Shown here: positions 1 to 11,804 of the stretch, in pieces | Position numbering within the stretch: the first letter of the stretch is position 1 | How the letters are laid out: each line of letters opens with the position of its first letter | NCBI RefSeq assembly: GCF_001194135.2 | Contig: NC_068982.1 | Location: 8,458,062 to 8,522,061, forward strand | Reading direction: 5' to 3' | Source: Octopus bimaculoides | Taxonomy: Eukaryota | DNA: 64,000 bases | The notes under the pieces: model-generated | What the model saw: only the letters and a program-made list of their open reading frames with translations | What the model was told of the DNA's origin: nothing | The model's database searches: none | Program-made: the position numbers and the translations under genes

Positions 1-574
1 CACATTCGGCAATTGTTTTTAATTATATCTCGGAGGTCACCAACATCTTATGAATGGATTTGGGAGGTGGAAGTTGAAAGAGGGCCACCGTATATATATA
101 TATATATNNNNNNNNNNNNNNNNNNNNNNNNNNNNNNNNNNNNNNNNNNNNNNNNNNNNNNNNNNNNNNNNNNNNNNNNNNNNNNNNNNNNNNNNNNNNN
201 NNNNNNNNNNNNNNNNNNNNNNNNNNNNNNNNNNNNNNNNNNNNNNNNNNNNNNNNNNNNNNNNNNNNNNNNNNNNNNNNNNNNNNNNNNNNNNNNNNNN
301 NNNNNNNNNNNNNNNNNNNNNNNNNNNNNNNNNNNNNNNNNNNNNNNNNNNNNNNNNNNNNNNNNNNNNNNNNNNNNNNNNNNNNNNNNNNNNNNNNNNN
401 NNNNNNNNNNNNNNNNNNNNNNNNNNNNNNNNNNNNNNNNNNNNNNNNNNNNNNNNNNNNNNNNNNNNNNNNNNNNNNNNNNNNNNNNNNNNNNNNNNNN
501 NNNNNNNNNNNNNNNNNNNNNNNNNNNNNNNNNNNNNNNNNNNNNNNNNNNNNTATATATATATATATGTATAT

Positions 575-760
575 ATTGGTGTGTCTGTGTTTGTCCTCCC
601 ACCATCGCTTGACAACCGATGTCGGTATTTTTACATCCCTCTAAAAGTTACCGATAAAATACGTGCTATGGTTACAAAGAATAAGTCCTAGGGTCAATTT
701 GTTCGACTAAAGGCGGTGCTCCAGCATGGCCACAGTCAAATGTCCGAAGCAAGAGATGAA
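575..760 (+). mobile_element. SINE family A, 3' half (head lost in gap)
   Basis: Shares body and tail (ccatcgcttgacaaccgatg ... ggcggtgctccagcatggccacagtcaaatg) with copies at 9215, 10693, 36116 and 50743. Confidence 0.8.
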
Positions 761-1229
761 ACCTGATATACCATGAACTACATATTTTTATTTAGTTTTC
801 AAACCTGAATGCACACAGACAGACAGACAGACAGACAGATAGACACACACACACACACACACACACATACACACACAGTCACTTACATGATCAAGGCACA
901 CACATTTCATTCGTAATTTTTTCTAATTTTCGATTAAAATCCAGGAACACAACTGTTCATGAAAGACTGTAATGTATGATACAATGTACTGCAAGTGGTA
1001 TGTGCGGTGCACATATAGTGGTAAATTTATATTTATTTTATCTTACAAGCAATCAGATCTGAGAGCACTGTAGTTCACGTGTACTAGAAACAGGTGTCGG
1101 CTAATGAAATTCTTTGCATAATTTCCTGTTCCCTTCTCATTTGTTTAATCTCATATTAAGCTCTGTACTCGAAGCGCATGTATATTTAGCTCTATCACAA
1201 GCTTAGTGTCGATGTATCTAAGCGCCTTT

Positions 1230-1446
1230 ATTGATTTCAAATTTTGGCGCAAGATCAACAAATTCAGAGGAGAAACTAAGTCGATTGCATCGACCCCACA
1301 ACTGAAACGGTGCTTATTTTATCGACCCCATAAGAATGAAGGGCAAAGTCAACCTTGACGGAATTTGATCTCAGAACGTAAAGACAGACGAAATACGGCT
1401 AAACAATTTGCTCGGCGTGCAAACGATTCTGCTAGCTCGCTTGCCT
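1230..1446 (-). mobile_element. SINE family B monomer
   Basis: Reverse complement begins ggcaagcgagctagcagaatcgttt and carries the cctttcatc..ggggtcgataaa body seen in 8+ other copies. Confidence 0.8.
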
Positions 1447-1963
1447 TCACTAAAAAAAATATTAAAATATTTATGTGTTTGCTAATTTAATAAGTATAAC
1501 TGTGCTACAAGCGAACACTGTCCAAACACATATCTTATCGTCCTGAAGTCCTAAATAGATACTGGAAATAAACTGCGTTTTTTACATATATCACACCCAA
1601 ATAATTTAGAATAAGCGGTTAAAGGGCGGGGAAACTAGAAATAAGCGAAAGTATGTTTATATAACATCTTTATGTAATTTACTACATGTAATTCGATAAC
1701 TAAAATGGTGAGATGAAGCAAAGTTTTTATTGAACGGAAAATTTCAGAAAAAAATTAGTTTGACTGAATATATGAAAAGGGTTTATTTATTGACTTTACG
1801 CATAAGATACAAGATTTATTCATAAGCTTTTGTAACCCAAACAAGATAAAGACAATAAGCGAATTTGCATTATGACAAAGCTATAATATTAAATTACTAC
1901 TGAAATAATTTTTGATTTTTCTCCATCAAATTTAAAGTAATGTATCCATACACCCACCCGCCC

Positions 1964-2038
<75 letters not shown>

Positions 2039-2056
2039 CATCTGTCTGTCTGTCTA
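1964..2056. repeat. (TCTA)n/(TCTG)n microsatellite
   Basis: Direct reading. Confidence 0.95.
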
Positions 2057-2397
2057 GAAAACAAAGAAATGACACTGGAAAACCAAATGTTATGTAATGA
2101 ATATCATTAGCTTACAGCGGTTGCTGCTATAATATGTGGTGGACTCTAAGCTGAATGCCAGGATAACATCCTATAGCTTCATCAGAGCCTTGAATATGGA
2201 GAGCACTTTATTTGGGAAAATTACATTTTCAGAACATACGGCGTTATGAGTGAGAAAGTTTATGTTGATGGCTAGCGAAATATTAAAATAGAAAACTCCG
2301 TTCCGGTAGAGTTCTGCTAACTAATAATCCTTCGTCAGTGGGAAAATCCTATTAGGGAACCTCATTCAAGAAAATATTCATCAATATGAACTTTCGC

Positions 2398-2590
2398 TAC
2401 AGTTCTATATTTAAGAGATGAGGAATTATTTGCATTATTTACATTATTTACATTATTTACATTTGACGGATATTTGCCCTCATCTTTGTTGTTATTAACA
2501 CAACGTTTCGGCTGATATACCTTCCAGCCTTCATCAGGTGTCTTGGGGAAATTTCGAACCTGAGTTCTCATTTCTAAGGTATTTTTCGAT
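2398..2590 (-). mobile_element. Solo PLE pseudo-LTR fragment carrying a hammerhead ribozyme
   Basis: Highly similar to 3653-3838, which abuts a PLE RT-thumb/GIY-YIG remnant. Confidence 0.8.
2497..2542 (-). ncRNA. Minimal type I hammerhead ribozyme, intact core
   Basis: Minus strand reads GACAC-CUGAUGA-A-GGCUG-gaagguauau-CAGCC-GAAA-CG-UU-GUGUU: stem I 5 bp, stem II 5 bp, palindromic ACGU stem III, NUH triplet GUU. Confidence 0.85.
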
Positions 2591-3002
2591 ATTTCTATTA
2601 TTATATCGAATAATTGAATGTCTTGTAGCAGAATATCCGCAAGTTCTTATTGCCAGGTTTCGGCCCCAAATGTTATAATATTTTACTAATGGGTCTGCTG
2701 AGAGACAGTCTCTTCAGCTCTCTCTGTTTTCCTATGCTGTAGTCCAAATCTAATTTTTTAGGGAGGCATTGTAGTAGGGTGAATTAATCTATAAGACAAG
2801 GGACTTAACTCATGTTAGCAAACATGGATTTCACCGACGGGAAAATTGGTAAAAGTTATGGTTGAAAAGCTATATTTACCGCTATCCGGGGGCGCCTGGG
2901 GAAAAATAATTTGATAAAACTACAGCCATGGTCGTGACCAATGTCCTCCTAAAATTGGAGCAACATGCGTGCTAATTTGTGGACGTGCATAAAGTACATT
3001 AA

Positions 3003-3006
<4 letters not shown>

Positions 3007-3089
<83 letters not shown>

Positions 3090-3090
3090 A
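3007..3090. repeat. (CA)n microsatellite
   Basis: Direct reading. Confidence 0.95.
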
Positions 3091-3652
3091 CATCCTGCCT
3101 TTTATTGATATAGATTATTCGGTGCATATGCATAAGCATACATATGGCATGCATGTCGGAAGAATGCTGACAAGACATGCAATGAATGAAGCTCGATACC
3201 CAATAATGGAAAACGTATGGCTATAAGATGAAATGTAATTACTTTAGGAGAACGTGCATTTATAAAGCAATGAAAAATTACTAATTTTTGCCAATAAATT
3301 TTATACCATATAGGCATGTGTGTATGTGTGTGTGTATGTCTGTCTGTCTGTGTATGTGTATGCACAACGATGGCTTTCTAATATAGTTAGTATTCGTTTC
3401 TAAATACAATATCATCGTAAATGCTATTATCCTCTTTATGTGTATGTGTAGTAAAAAACTGAGTCCATCTCATTCACGTTATTGTAACCCATTTGTACAA
3501 GCCAAAAGAAAGCAGTGCATTCTTTGCTTATATATAAAATACAATTAAATATCGTTACATACAAAATGACAGTGAAGCATAGCAAGCTGATATGCAGATA
3601 TACAATAGCAATGTTATCTTAGTATTAATTAGTTTAAAACAATGGGCACACA

Positions 3653-4380
3653 TACAGTTCTGTATTTAAGAGATGAGGAATTATATACATTATTTACATT
3701 AGTTACGTTTGACGGATATTTGTCCTCATCTTGTCTGTTGTTAACATACTGCTTCGGCTGATATACCCTCCAGCCTTCATCAGGTGCCTTGGAGAAATTT
3801 CGAACCTGGGTTCTCATTCCTAAGGTATTTTTCGATGTTTTTGTTGTTCTCTGTCTATTATTTTAACTTCATCCTACAGGGGGAGGTGGTCTCCATTTTT
3901 CCATACATGATCAGCTATACCCAATTTATCAATATCTCCTCATGTCACAGCTTTGCGATGCATGGGATGGAGTACACGCAGTTTTTGGTCATATTCTCTT
4001 CTATTGGTGGTTTTACCTGAAGGAGATATTTGCGAATTGTTGTATTACTCTTGAATACTGTTCTGATGTCATATAGGTTGCATATATTTTGTATCTTTTC
4101 GGAGAGGTCTTTCACATATGGTAGACAAACTTTGAACAGTTCATTGGTTGCATCCTCTCTTTTCTTCATAATTGGAGTAGATAGTATGTTTTGGGGTAGT
4201 TGTTGGTTAATAGATTGTTACTGAGCTTGATCATTTCTTCGTAGTGTGTATCACGATCGCTACTTATATCCTTTGCTCGATGTTTTAGGCACTGAGCAAT
4301 TTCTCTCTTTACGCTGTATAGATGGTGGGAATTGAAGTTAAGCTATCAACCAGTGAAGGTCGACTTGTGGTACACGGATG
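3653..4380 (-). mobile_element. Decayed Penelope-like element: RT thumb, GIY-YIG remnant and pLTR
   Basis: Minus strand gives VYHKSTFTG**LNFNSHH..VKREIAQCLKHRAKDISS, then LPYVKDLSEKIQNIC..TVFKSNTTIRKYL..NCVYSIPC and HRKAVT*GDIDKLGIADHVWK. The YIG segment is deleted. The pLTR 3653-3838 has a mutated HHR (GAAA to GAAG) at 3743-3788. Confidence 0.85.
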
Positions 4381-4382
4381 GG

Positions 4383-4873
4383 CATACATGCACAATTGTG
4401 TTTCACCAAATTTGTTTCATCATAGCTTCCAACAAAATGGATATTTGTTATATAGTTTTCTACAAATATGCTTCAGATGGAGTAGGTTTTGATTGAGTTT
4501 GAATTCGTTGTGGAAAACGAAACGTTTTGTTGGGGTAGGGAGAGGAGTTTCAGAAAATTAATTTAAGTCGTCAAACCCTTCTGAAAAATAGGTGTTTTGA
4601 AATGGAAAAAATTCGAGAAAAAACTTTTCAGAGTGTGTAGAATATGATTGTATCATATTTTAATATGAAAGTAGAAATTTCCGTGGGGATAGCATACGTA
4701 CACACTGACACACATTGCATGTCTTTTTGAAAAATTGACTTTAAAACAAATTCTGATATAATCATAACCTATACCATGTGAAGCATATTTGTAGAAAATT
4801 TTCAATAAAAAATTTCTATTTTTCTGAATGTTATGAAGAAACGAGGTCGGTGAAGTACATATGTGTATGTATG
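4383..4873. mobile_element. Decayed MITE/foldback-like element with ~130 bp inverted repeats
   Basis: 4383-4510 aligns to the reverse complement of 4745-4873 (e.g. ttttctacaaatatgcttca on both arms). Confidence 0.6.
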
Positions 4874-5111
4874 GACCATCGAACTTTAGCCTGTCACTGT
4901 ATATCATTGCACATGCGCTACTGGAAGTCCATAGTAAACTATTTTTTAAATATATAATTTATATATTTCTATATGTAAACGTGTGTTTATATGTATGTTT
5001 ATATACGTGTGTTTAGATATGTTTCTAATCACTAATTTGTGTGTGTGTGTGTGTGTCTATATGTGTGTGTGTTTCTATGTGTGTGTGTGTGTCTAAATAT
5101 GTGAGTGTGTT

Positions 5112-5146
<35 letters not shown>

Positions 5147-5214
5147 GATACTCGAAAGGGACGCCAAACGATAGGATTGTAAATCAAAGGGAGAGAGAAA
5201 TGTGACAAAGAGAA

Positions 5215-5217
5215 AGA

Positions 5218-5310
<93 letters not shown>
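5215..5310. repeat. (GA)n microsatellite
   Basis: Direct reading. Confidence 0.95.
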
Positions 5311-5315
<5 letters not shown>

Positions 5316-5365
5316 GGAAGGGTTAAAACGTAACAAACCGACCCTGTAAACTAACACACGCTTAC

Positions 5366-5580
5366 CTCCCCGTTTTGGTTTTGCATAACCAACATTTGTT
5401 TTCAGCTGATATTTTCCTTCGTTGCATGTTGTTACTCGGATGGCATTTCTTGCACTTAGATTGATTAGAAGTAATTCTGAATGGAAGATCTTATTCAACT
5501 CGTTGGTATTCAATGTCAGAGTTCGGTGTTGTTTATTCCCTTCATGTTCTGGGATTTTCTTTTCAAATACTTTTGTACAT
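5366..5580 (-). CDS. Candidate internal coding exon of an unidentified host gene
   Basis: One open frame (CTKVFEKKIPEHEGNKQHRTLTLNTNELNKIFHSELLLINLSARNAIRVTTCNEGKYQLKTNVGYAKPKRG) ending at a good donor GAG|GTAAGC; the acceptor is weak and no homology is recognised. Confidence 0.25.
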
Positions 5581-7339
5581 CTTAACCAGTGAAGTGAACT
5601 AACCTACTTGCTGCTGTTGTATAATGCAGGATTATATAATGATACTTCGAGAGAGCTCCGTATTAGCATTTATTTATCTTTTAAATATACAAATGAAATG
5701 TACATTTTCCTCACATGGGAAACATTATCTGTCTACAATCTCATTCATCTAAAGTTTCTAGTAACAATCACCAGTTGATGAGTTTCTCTGTGTATCATCT
5801 TTAAATTTTTGTAGAGACCAATCCAGGAGAGAAAATTTAGATGAGTAACATGTTCCCTGTAATCGATAAGGCTGTTCTGTGCTGAGCCCCGCACCTCCTA
5901 AACTCCAGTTAAGCGCTCTCTACCATTAAGTTAAGTGATCTATGACAACAGATACCGTTTTTATTTTTGTAACATTAGATATCCTAAAATGATAAAAAAT
6001 ATTTATATTTGTTAAAATAACCGCCACTTTTTCGTCACTTAAAACCACACCACGTTTTTTGTAGCCAATATCTTTTGACGAGGTTCATCTCATAGGGCTC
6101 TTTCATTAGAACACAGCTATTGTATAGATTCCGTTTACAATAGTTGAAATATTTTGATTCAAAGTCAGTTTTGGGAGTTACATATCAAATGTATATCATA
6201 TGTGCGATGCAGGCCTTTGGTTGGCATTTTAAACTTCGATATTTATTCAGTTTTAGTAATGAACAATTTGATGTTTGTTTATGCTGAACAAATTTGCTCA
6301 GTTATGAAACTTTAAATACATGTAAAGCTTGCATACTTATGGAGAAATATATGTATGCATTCTTAACTGCATCTCCTCAGTTTTCTTTTTATAATATAAT
6401 ATTCAATCCGAAAATGAGCGGCAATTACATATTAGAATATTGAAATGATCAGTTGGAATGTTCGTGTATGTATGTGGGTAGGAAACTATCCATTAAGTTC
6501 CACTTGATAATCAAATGAACGTTCAAAGGGCCGGAAAAAGCGTTCAAAGATACAACTTGAATAATCACTGTTACTTCTTGTCAGTTCAAACGCAAAGTTC
6601 AAAGTTTTGATCAAATTAAAATGCAATTATACATCGTTCTAACAATTGGTTGAAGATCTTTATGATCGCTTTCCTTTCACCTTTTATGCAATTCTTATAG
6701 TGGGTCTTGAGTAGATATTTCTCTTTTTGTAATATCACACCAAAGAAATTGATTTTTCGAAGATCAAAATAGCTCTCATGATATTGACGCCAAATTAAGC
6801 TAGATATACATTACAAAACTTTTCTAATCTACGTGATGGCACGTGAAAAGACGAAACTTCTATGAAATGAACAAATCAAATATCTAACATCGAATCATTA
6901 TTCTAATAAACTTGAATAATTTGTATTGTTGTAGTAGAATTTTTACGAACGTAGTTGGCAAAGTTTGGAAGTGTTCCAATGAAACCAACACAGGACACCA
7001 AACTAGGGTTGTTAATGGTTTTGTTATTATTGTTACTGAGCCCAAATTAATCTCTGACTGAGCAAATTTGTGATGGAAAGCATTCGGACATTAAAATGTA
7101 GGGAGGCACATGCTGTTACATTATCTAATTTACCTGCTCTTTTCTCAAGAAGATAGGGTGTATCGTAAGGTAGATCTTGTTGCTATTTTTTGTAAGTGAA
7201 AGGAGGGAAAAGACAGTGGTATACCACCAACCTCTACATTCACTACTTTCGTTAATTTCATTCGTCCCAGTCTTGCGTTGAAATCCAATGGTAGTTGGAG
7301 TTAAATATCATTGTCGTTAAGACAGTATAATTAAGATAA

Positions 7340-7533
7340 TTATTTCCACTTTAGACACAAGGGGTAAGTCGAATGCATAGACCCCAATAATCAACTGGTA
7401 CTTATTTCATCGACTCCGAGAGGACGAAAGGCTAAGTCAACCTCGGCGAAATTTGAACTTAGAATGTAAAGGCGGACGAAATGCTGCCAAGCATTTTGTC
7501 CGGCGTATTAACGATTCTTCTCGTTCGCCGCCT
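7340..7533 (-). mobile_element. SINE family B monomer
   Basis: Reverse complement starts ggcggcgaacgagaagaatcgttaatacgccgg; family B body. Confidence 0.75.
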
Positions 7534-7854
7534 TAAGTATCATTAGAATAACATTTCTTGATCGTGTTCTTACTTAGTGCCCGTCCACACTAATCTATCA
7601 CTATTGTGATCAAATGTATTTAAGTAGACACAATTCCGGCCTTTGTTCAGTCGTAATGTATAAAATAATTCATTGTGTCTTGTTTTTCAATGCGGGCTAA
7701 AATTTGAAGAGATGGCAATTTATGTTATATGTAGTGACTGCTCGAATCTCTTTTATAATGCGTAACATTTATTATTGCTTTATTATTTAGTCACAATCAC
7801 ATTGAACAGAGAAATGAGCAAAAGTTTTCCAATCGTGACCATACTAGAATTACA

Positions 7855-7940
7855 GGTATGACTTTATTACCTAACGTATGACTTTATTATGGTATGACTT
7901 TATTATGGTAAGACTTTATTATGGTATGACTGTATTACCT
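7855..7940. repeat. ~16 bp minisatellite (ggtatgactttattat), ~5 copies
   Basis: Direct reading. Confidence 0.85.
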
Positions 7941-9214
7941 GACAACACGATGCAATTGGAGAGGATTTTAGCTGTTAATTCAAGCAAGTCGAGAAGGCAT
8001 AAGTGTCTGTTATTGGACTGAATAAGTAGCGATGAAATCTCCCTTCCATTATTCAATAAAACTAATGCGGGAATTTACGCCCCCGCACAGATCGTCACTT
8101 TAAAGGTATTATTACTAAAATAGGGGAATGTCATTGAGATCGATCAACTATGTAGAAAGAGCAGTTAAATGCCACGTAAATCAAATCTCAATGCCTTTAA
8201 AGATAAAATAGCGGAAAACGCTGGCGCAATTACAATTCAAAGAATGATAGCCAAAGCAAGAAAGCTTTTCATAAAACGTTTGCTCAATGAAATTCCTCTT
8301 CGATCTAAAGAGTAGCCACAGAGCTCAAAAATCTTCTACTAGCGCTATTGTTTGCCCCTGATACTTCTGCTACACTGTTACAGAAACTCCTGCGACTCAA
8401 TAAATAATTACATGTCAGTTGAAATGTTAGAAACAGCAGTCATATGTCCTTCACTTCTTGTGTTACTATCTTAAAAGTAGGAGTATTCATAATATCATTT
8501 ATTTCTAGATACATCGTGTTTAAAAAATGATGGGACAGCCATAACAAGAACGCCTTTAATCTCTGTTATGCTGCATCAGAATTGGATTGGGTTAAGCATC
8601 AACGACTGCAAGGGAGCGTCAAGGAGAGATCTCTATGCTGTCTTTTAAGCCAAGCATTCTTCAAAATAGACATTGTATTAATAGTATTAAACTCAAAGAT
8701 TATGTAGACCATGATGAGATGGTCAAAATTACAAAGATTTCGATCATATTTCTGCTGTGTCAAGGTTCATGTAGAACTGAACAATTAATATTATCATTCG
8801 CGAGGAAAATCTCACGAACTATCGCATGTATGCACATTGCTCATCTTTTCGCCTTCGGTCTCATGTTTTGTTTACCTCAGACGTTTAGGATACGAAACAT
8901 CGTAAGAAAATCAGCGCTGGTGATAATTTCAATAGAAAATCTGTAGAGATAACCTTAACACGTGGTTTATGTGAAAATTTAATGACAATGACATTTTCTA
9001 CTGCAGCTCGGATATGGAAATTTAACTATATGACTACATATAAATATTCAAAATAGTTATTATTTACGAACATTTGCTAGTTCATACAGATTTGTGCATG
9101 GAATATCTACACATAGGACTGTGAAATAAGATACGTAATTTTTTGAATATGTAATATAGCTACACAAACATATAAGCATACACAATCTTATATATTCCTT
9201 CTCCTCACATATAT

Positions 9215-9655
9215 GCGGCTGTGCGGTAAGAAGCTTACTTCCTAACCACATGGTTCCAGGTTCAATCCCACTGCGTGAAACCTTGAGCAATTCTCTTATA
9301 CTATTGCCTCGGACCGACCAAAGAATTGTGAGTGGATTTGCTAGTAGGAAACTGAAAGAAGCCTGTTGTATATATATATATGTGTGCGTGTGTGTGTGTA
9401 TGTGTGTGCGTATGTGTATCTATGTGTATGTGTATCTATGTGTGTGTGCCTTTGTGTCTGCGTTTGTCACCCAATCACCACTTTACAATCGTTGTTGGTC
9501 TGTTTACATCCCTGTAACTTAGCGGTTCGGCAAAAGTACTAGGCTTAGAAGAATAATTCCTGGGGTCGATTTGTTCCACTAAAAACCCTTCATGGCAATG
9601 CTCCAGCATAGCCGCAGTCAAATGACTGAAAGAAGTAAAAGAATAAAAAAAGAAT
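9215..9655 (+). mobile_element. SINE family A, near full length, with internal (TA/TG)n
   Basis: tRNA-like head (gctgtgcggtaag ... ggttcaatccc), internal microsatellite, tail gcagtcaaatgactgaaagaagtaaaagaat. Confidence 0.9.
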
Positions 9656-9906
9656 ATATATATACATATATATANNNNNNNNNNNNNNNNNNNNNNNNNN
9701 NNNNNNNNNNNNNNNNNNNNNNNNNNNNNNNNNNNNNNNNNNNNNNNNNNNNNNNNNNNNNNNNNNNNNNNNNNNNNNNNNNNATTTCAAGGTTTTTAAC
9801 TTTTAAATTTGTATATTTAAAAAAGATAGAAACTTCAAACTCGATATATCCAAAATCGATTTATTTACCACTCTATGTCAACATTTCTGTGCCCAAACTT
9901 ATCCAC

Positions 9907-9940
<34 letters not shown>

Positions 9941-9971
9941 ATAGGGGCATGGGTGTATACTTATACACGCA

Positions 9972-10046
<75 letters not shown>

Positions 10047-10692
10047 CTACATTCATGAGTGTGCGTGCCTGCGAGGTGAAATATATGCGCATGTAATTAC
10101 ACATAAATATTGTACTTTAAGTTCCTATAGAATTTGAGTTGGAAGATTCACAGGTTTCTTGGAAGTGAATCCGCTGCTTCCAATTTAGAAGTTTGATGCC
10201 ATCCCCGCCTCTCTTAGACATATGCTTGTTATTTGGTAGTTTATACATTGGTATAAATGCCAAATAGCCAAATAATGGATTTTAAAATGTCGTTCTTCTG
10301 CACTGGTTTAATTTAATGCCCCATTTAAAGAATTTTGAGGTGGTTCTTTCTCTCTCTCTCTTTCTGAATACGTATATGTAGTAGTTTTCGTGAAGCATTG
10401 TGTGATAGTACTTTAAATAGTTTTGTTGTGTAATGCCGGAACAATGCGAGAAGATATAAAGTAAACTACACATGAATTAGAAAAGAAAAGAAAAGAAAGT
10501 TGTAGTATTAACTTGTAGGACATTTGAAAAAGCGAGGGGTGGGGAAAGGGTTGTTGTTCAGATGTGTGGGGGAAAAGGGAGGAAGGTGACATACGCAAAC
10601 TGGTGTCGCTATAGTAACCAGTTTGCTTCACATAGTTCCTTCCTCTTGTTTATGACCGATTGCGATGCGTGATTTTAATGGGTACCTTCAAA

Positions 10693-11114
10693 TTCTCTTT
10701 ACTCTTTTACTCTTTTACACAGTCATTTGACTGCGGCCATGCTGGAGCACCGCCTTTAGTCGAGCAAATCGAACCCAGGACTTATTCTTTGTAAGTCTAG
10801 TACTTATTCTACTTGCCGAACCGGTAAATCACGGGGACGTAAACACACCAGCATAGGTTGTCAAGCGATGTTAGGGGTACAAACACAGACACACAAACGT
10901 ATACACGCACACACACACACACACACACACATACATATATATACATATATACGACGGGCTTCTTTCAGTTTCCGTCTACAAAATCCACTCACAAGGCTTT
11001 GGTCGGCCCGAGGCTATAGTAGAAGACACTTGCCCAAGGTGCCAGGCAATGGGACTGAACCCGGAACCATGTGGTTGGTAAGCAAGCTACTTACCACACA
11101 GCCTCTTCTACGCC
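10693..11114 (-). mobile_element. SINE family A, full length
   Basis: Reverse complement of the 9215 copy, with an (aaaagagt)n tail. Confidence 0.9.
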
Positions 11115-11745
11115 TGGTACTTTTTGGTGTTTTTGTATTTTCTATTTCATTGACGTGCCTGCGCATATATGTTCTTTTATTTGTACGTGAAGTTTCTGGT
11201 GGTGCTCCCAATGTAGCTTGTCACATATATACTGTAGATTACTTCATATATTACACACACACACACAGACACACGCACACGTATATCTTAAATAAAATGT
11301 GACAATGTAATGTCATGAATACAAATCTACAATAGTTTCTGAGGAAAATTAATACTGTGTTTCTCATTTAATATATATGTGAAGAATATTACGCTGTCTA
11401 CTCGGTAGTTATGTCCAGGAGAATAATTGTTTATATTCTAGTCACTGCCACACAAAATATGGCGGAGAAATTTTGATTTGTGAGAGAATCTACAGCATCG
11501 TGATTATAATTTTAAAAAGACGCTTCTGAAAATAAAAAGGAACAAAAAAAAAACAAACAAACAAACAATAAAAACAAGACAAACTAAAAAGCGAGAGTAT
11601 GAATCGAGTTTTCTTTCTATAAAAAAAAGCATAGATTTTGAAAGTTGGTTAACAGAGGAACTACGAAAATTCCTATAACGTTTTGCCTGCTTCTGACCGA
11701 ACGAAAGTGAAATGCCTACCTGTAATTTAGCGGGCGTTAACTTAC

Positions 11746-11804
11746 CTGCTGTGAAGTCAAGTTTGAGTAGCGCAGATAAAATACTTCGTGAAATCACAAA
11801 GTTA
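11746..11804 (-). other. Candidate small exon
   Basis: ttatag|...cagcag|GTAAGT consensus donor, with a second donor (ttacag|GTAGGC) 26 nt downstream; one open frame NFVISRSILSALLKLDFTA. Confidence 0.2.

Noticed and set aside
13-691. Long ORFs crossing N runs (also at 9.6, 20.3, 21.6, 23.7, 31.5, 32.1-33.5, 36.5 and 43.4 kb)
   Set aside because: Artefacts of translating assembly gaps and flanking (AT)n; only the non-N parts matching LINE motifs were kept.
2150-2190. CUGAUGA plus stem on the minus strand
   Set aside because: No GAAA follows stem II.
2299-2340. CUGACGA-AGG...CC-GGAA-CG on the minus strand
   Set aside because: Stem II is poor, GAAA is mutated and there is no stem I; too degenerate to call.
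10536-10579. G-quadruplex-like G runs
   Set aside because: One loop is long and there is no functional context; not informative.
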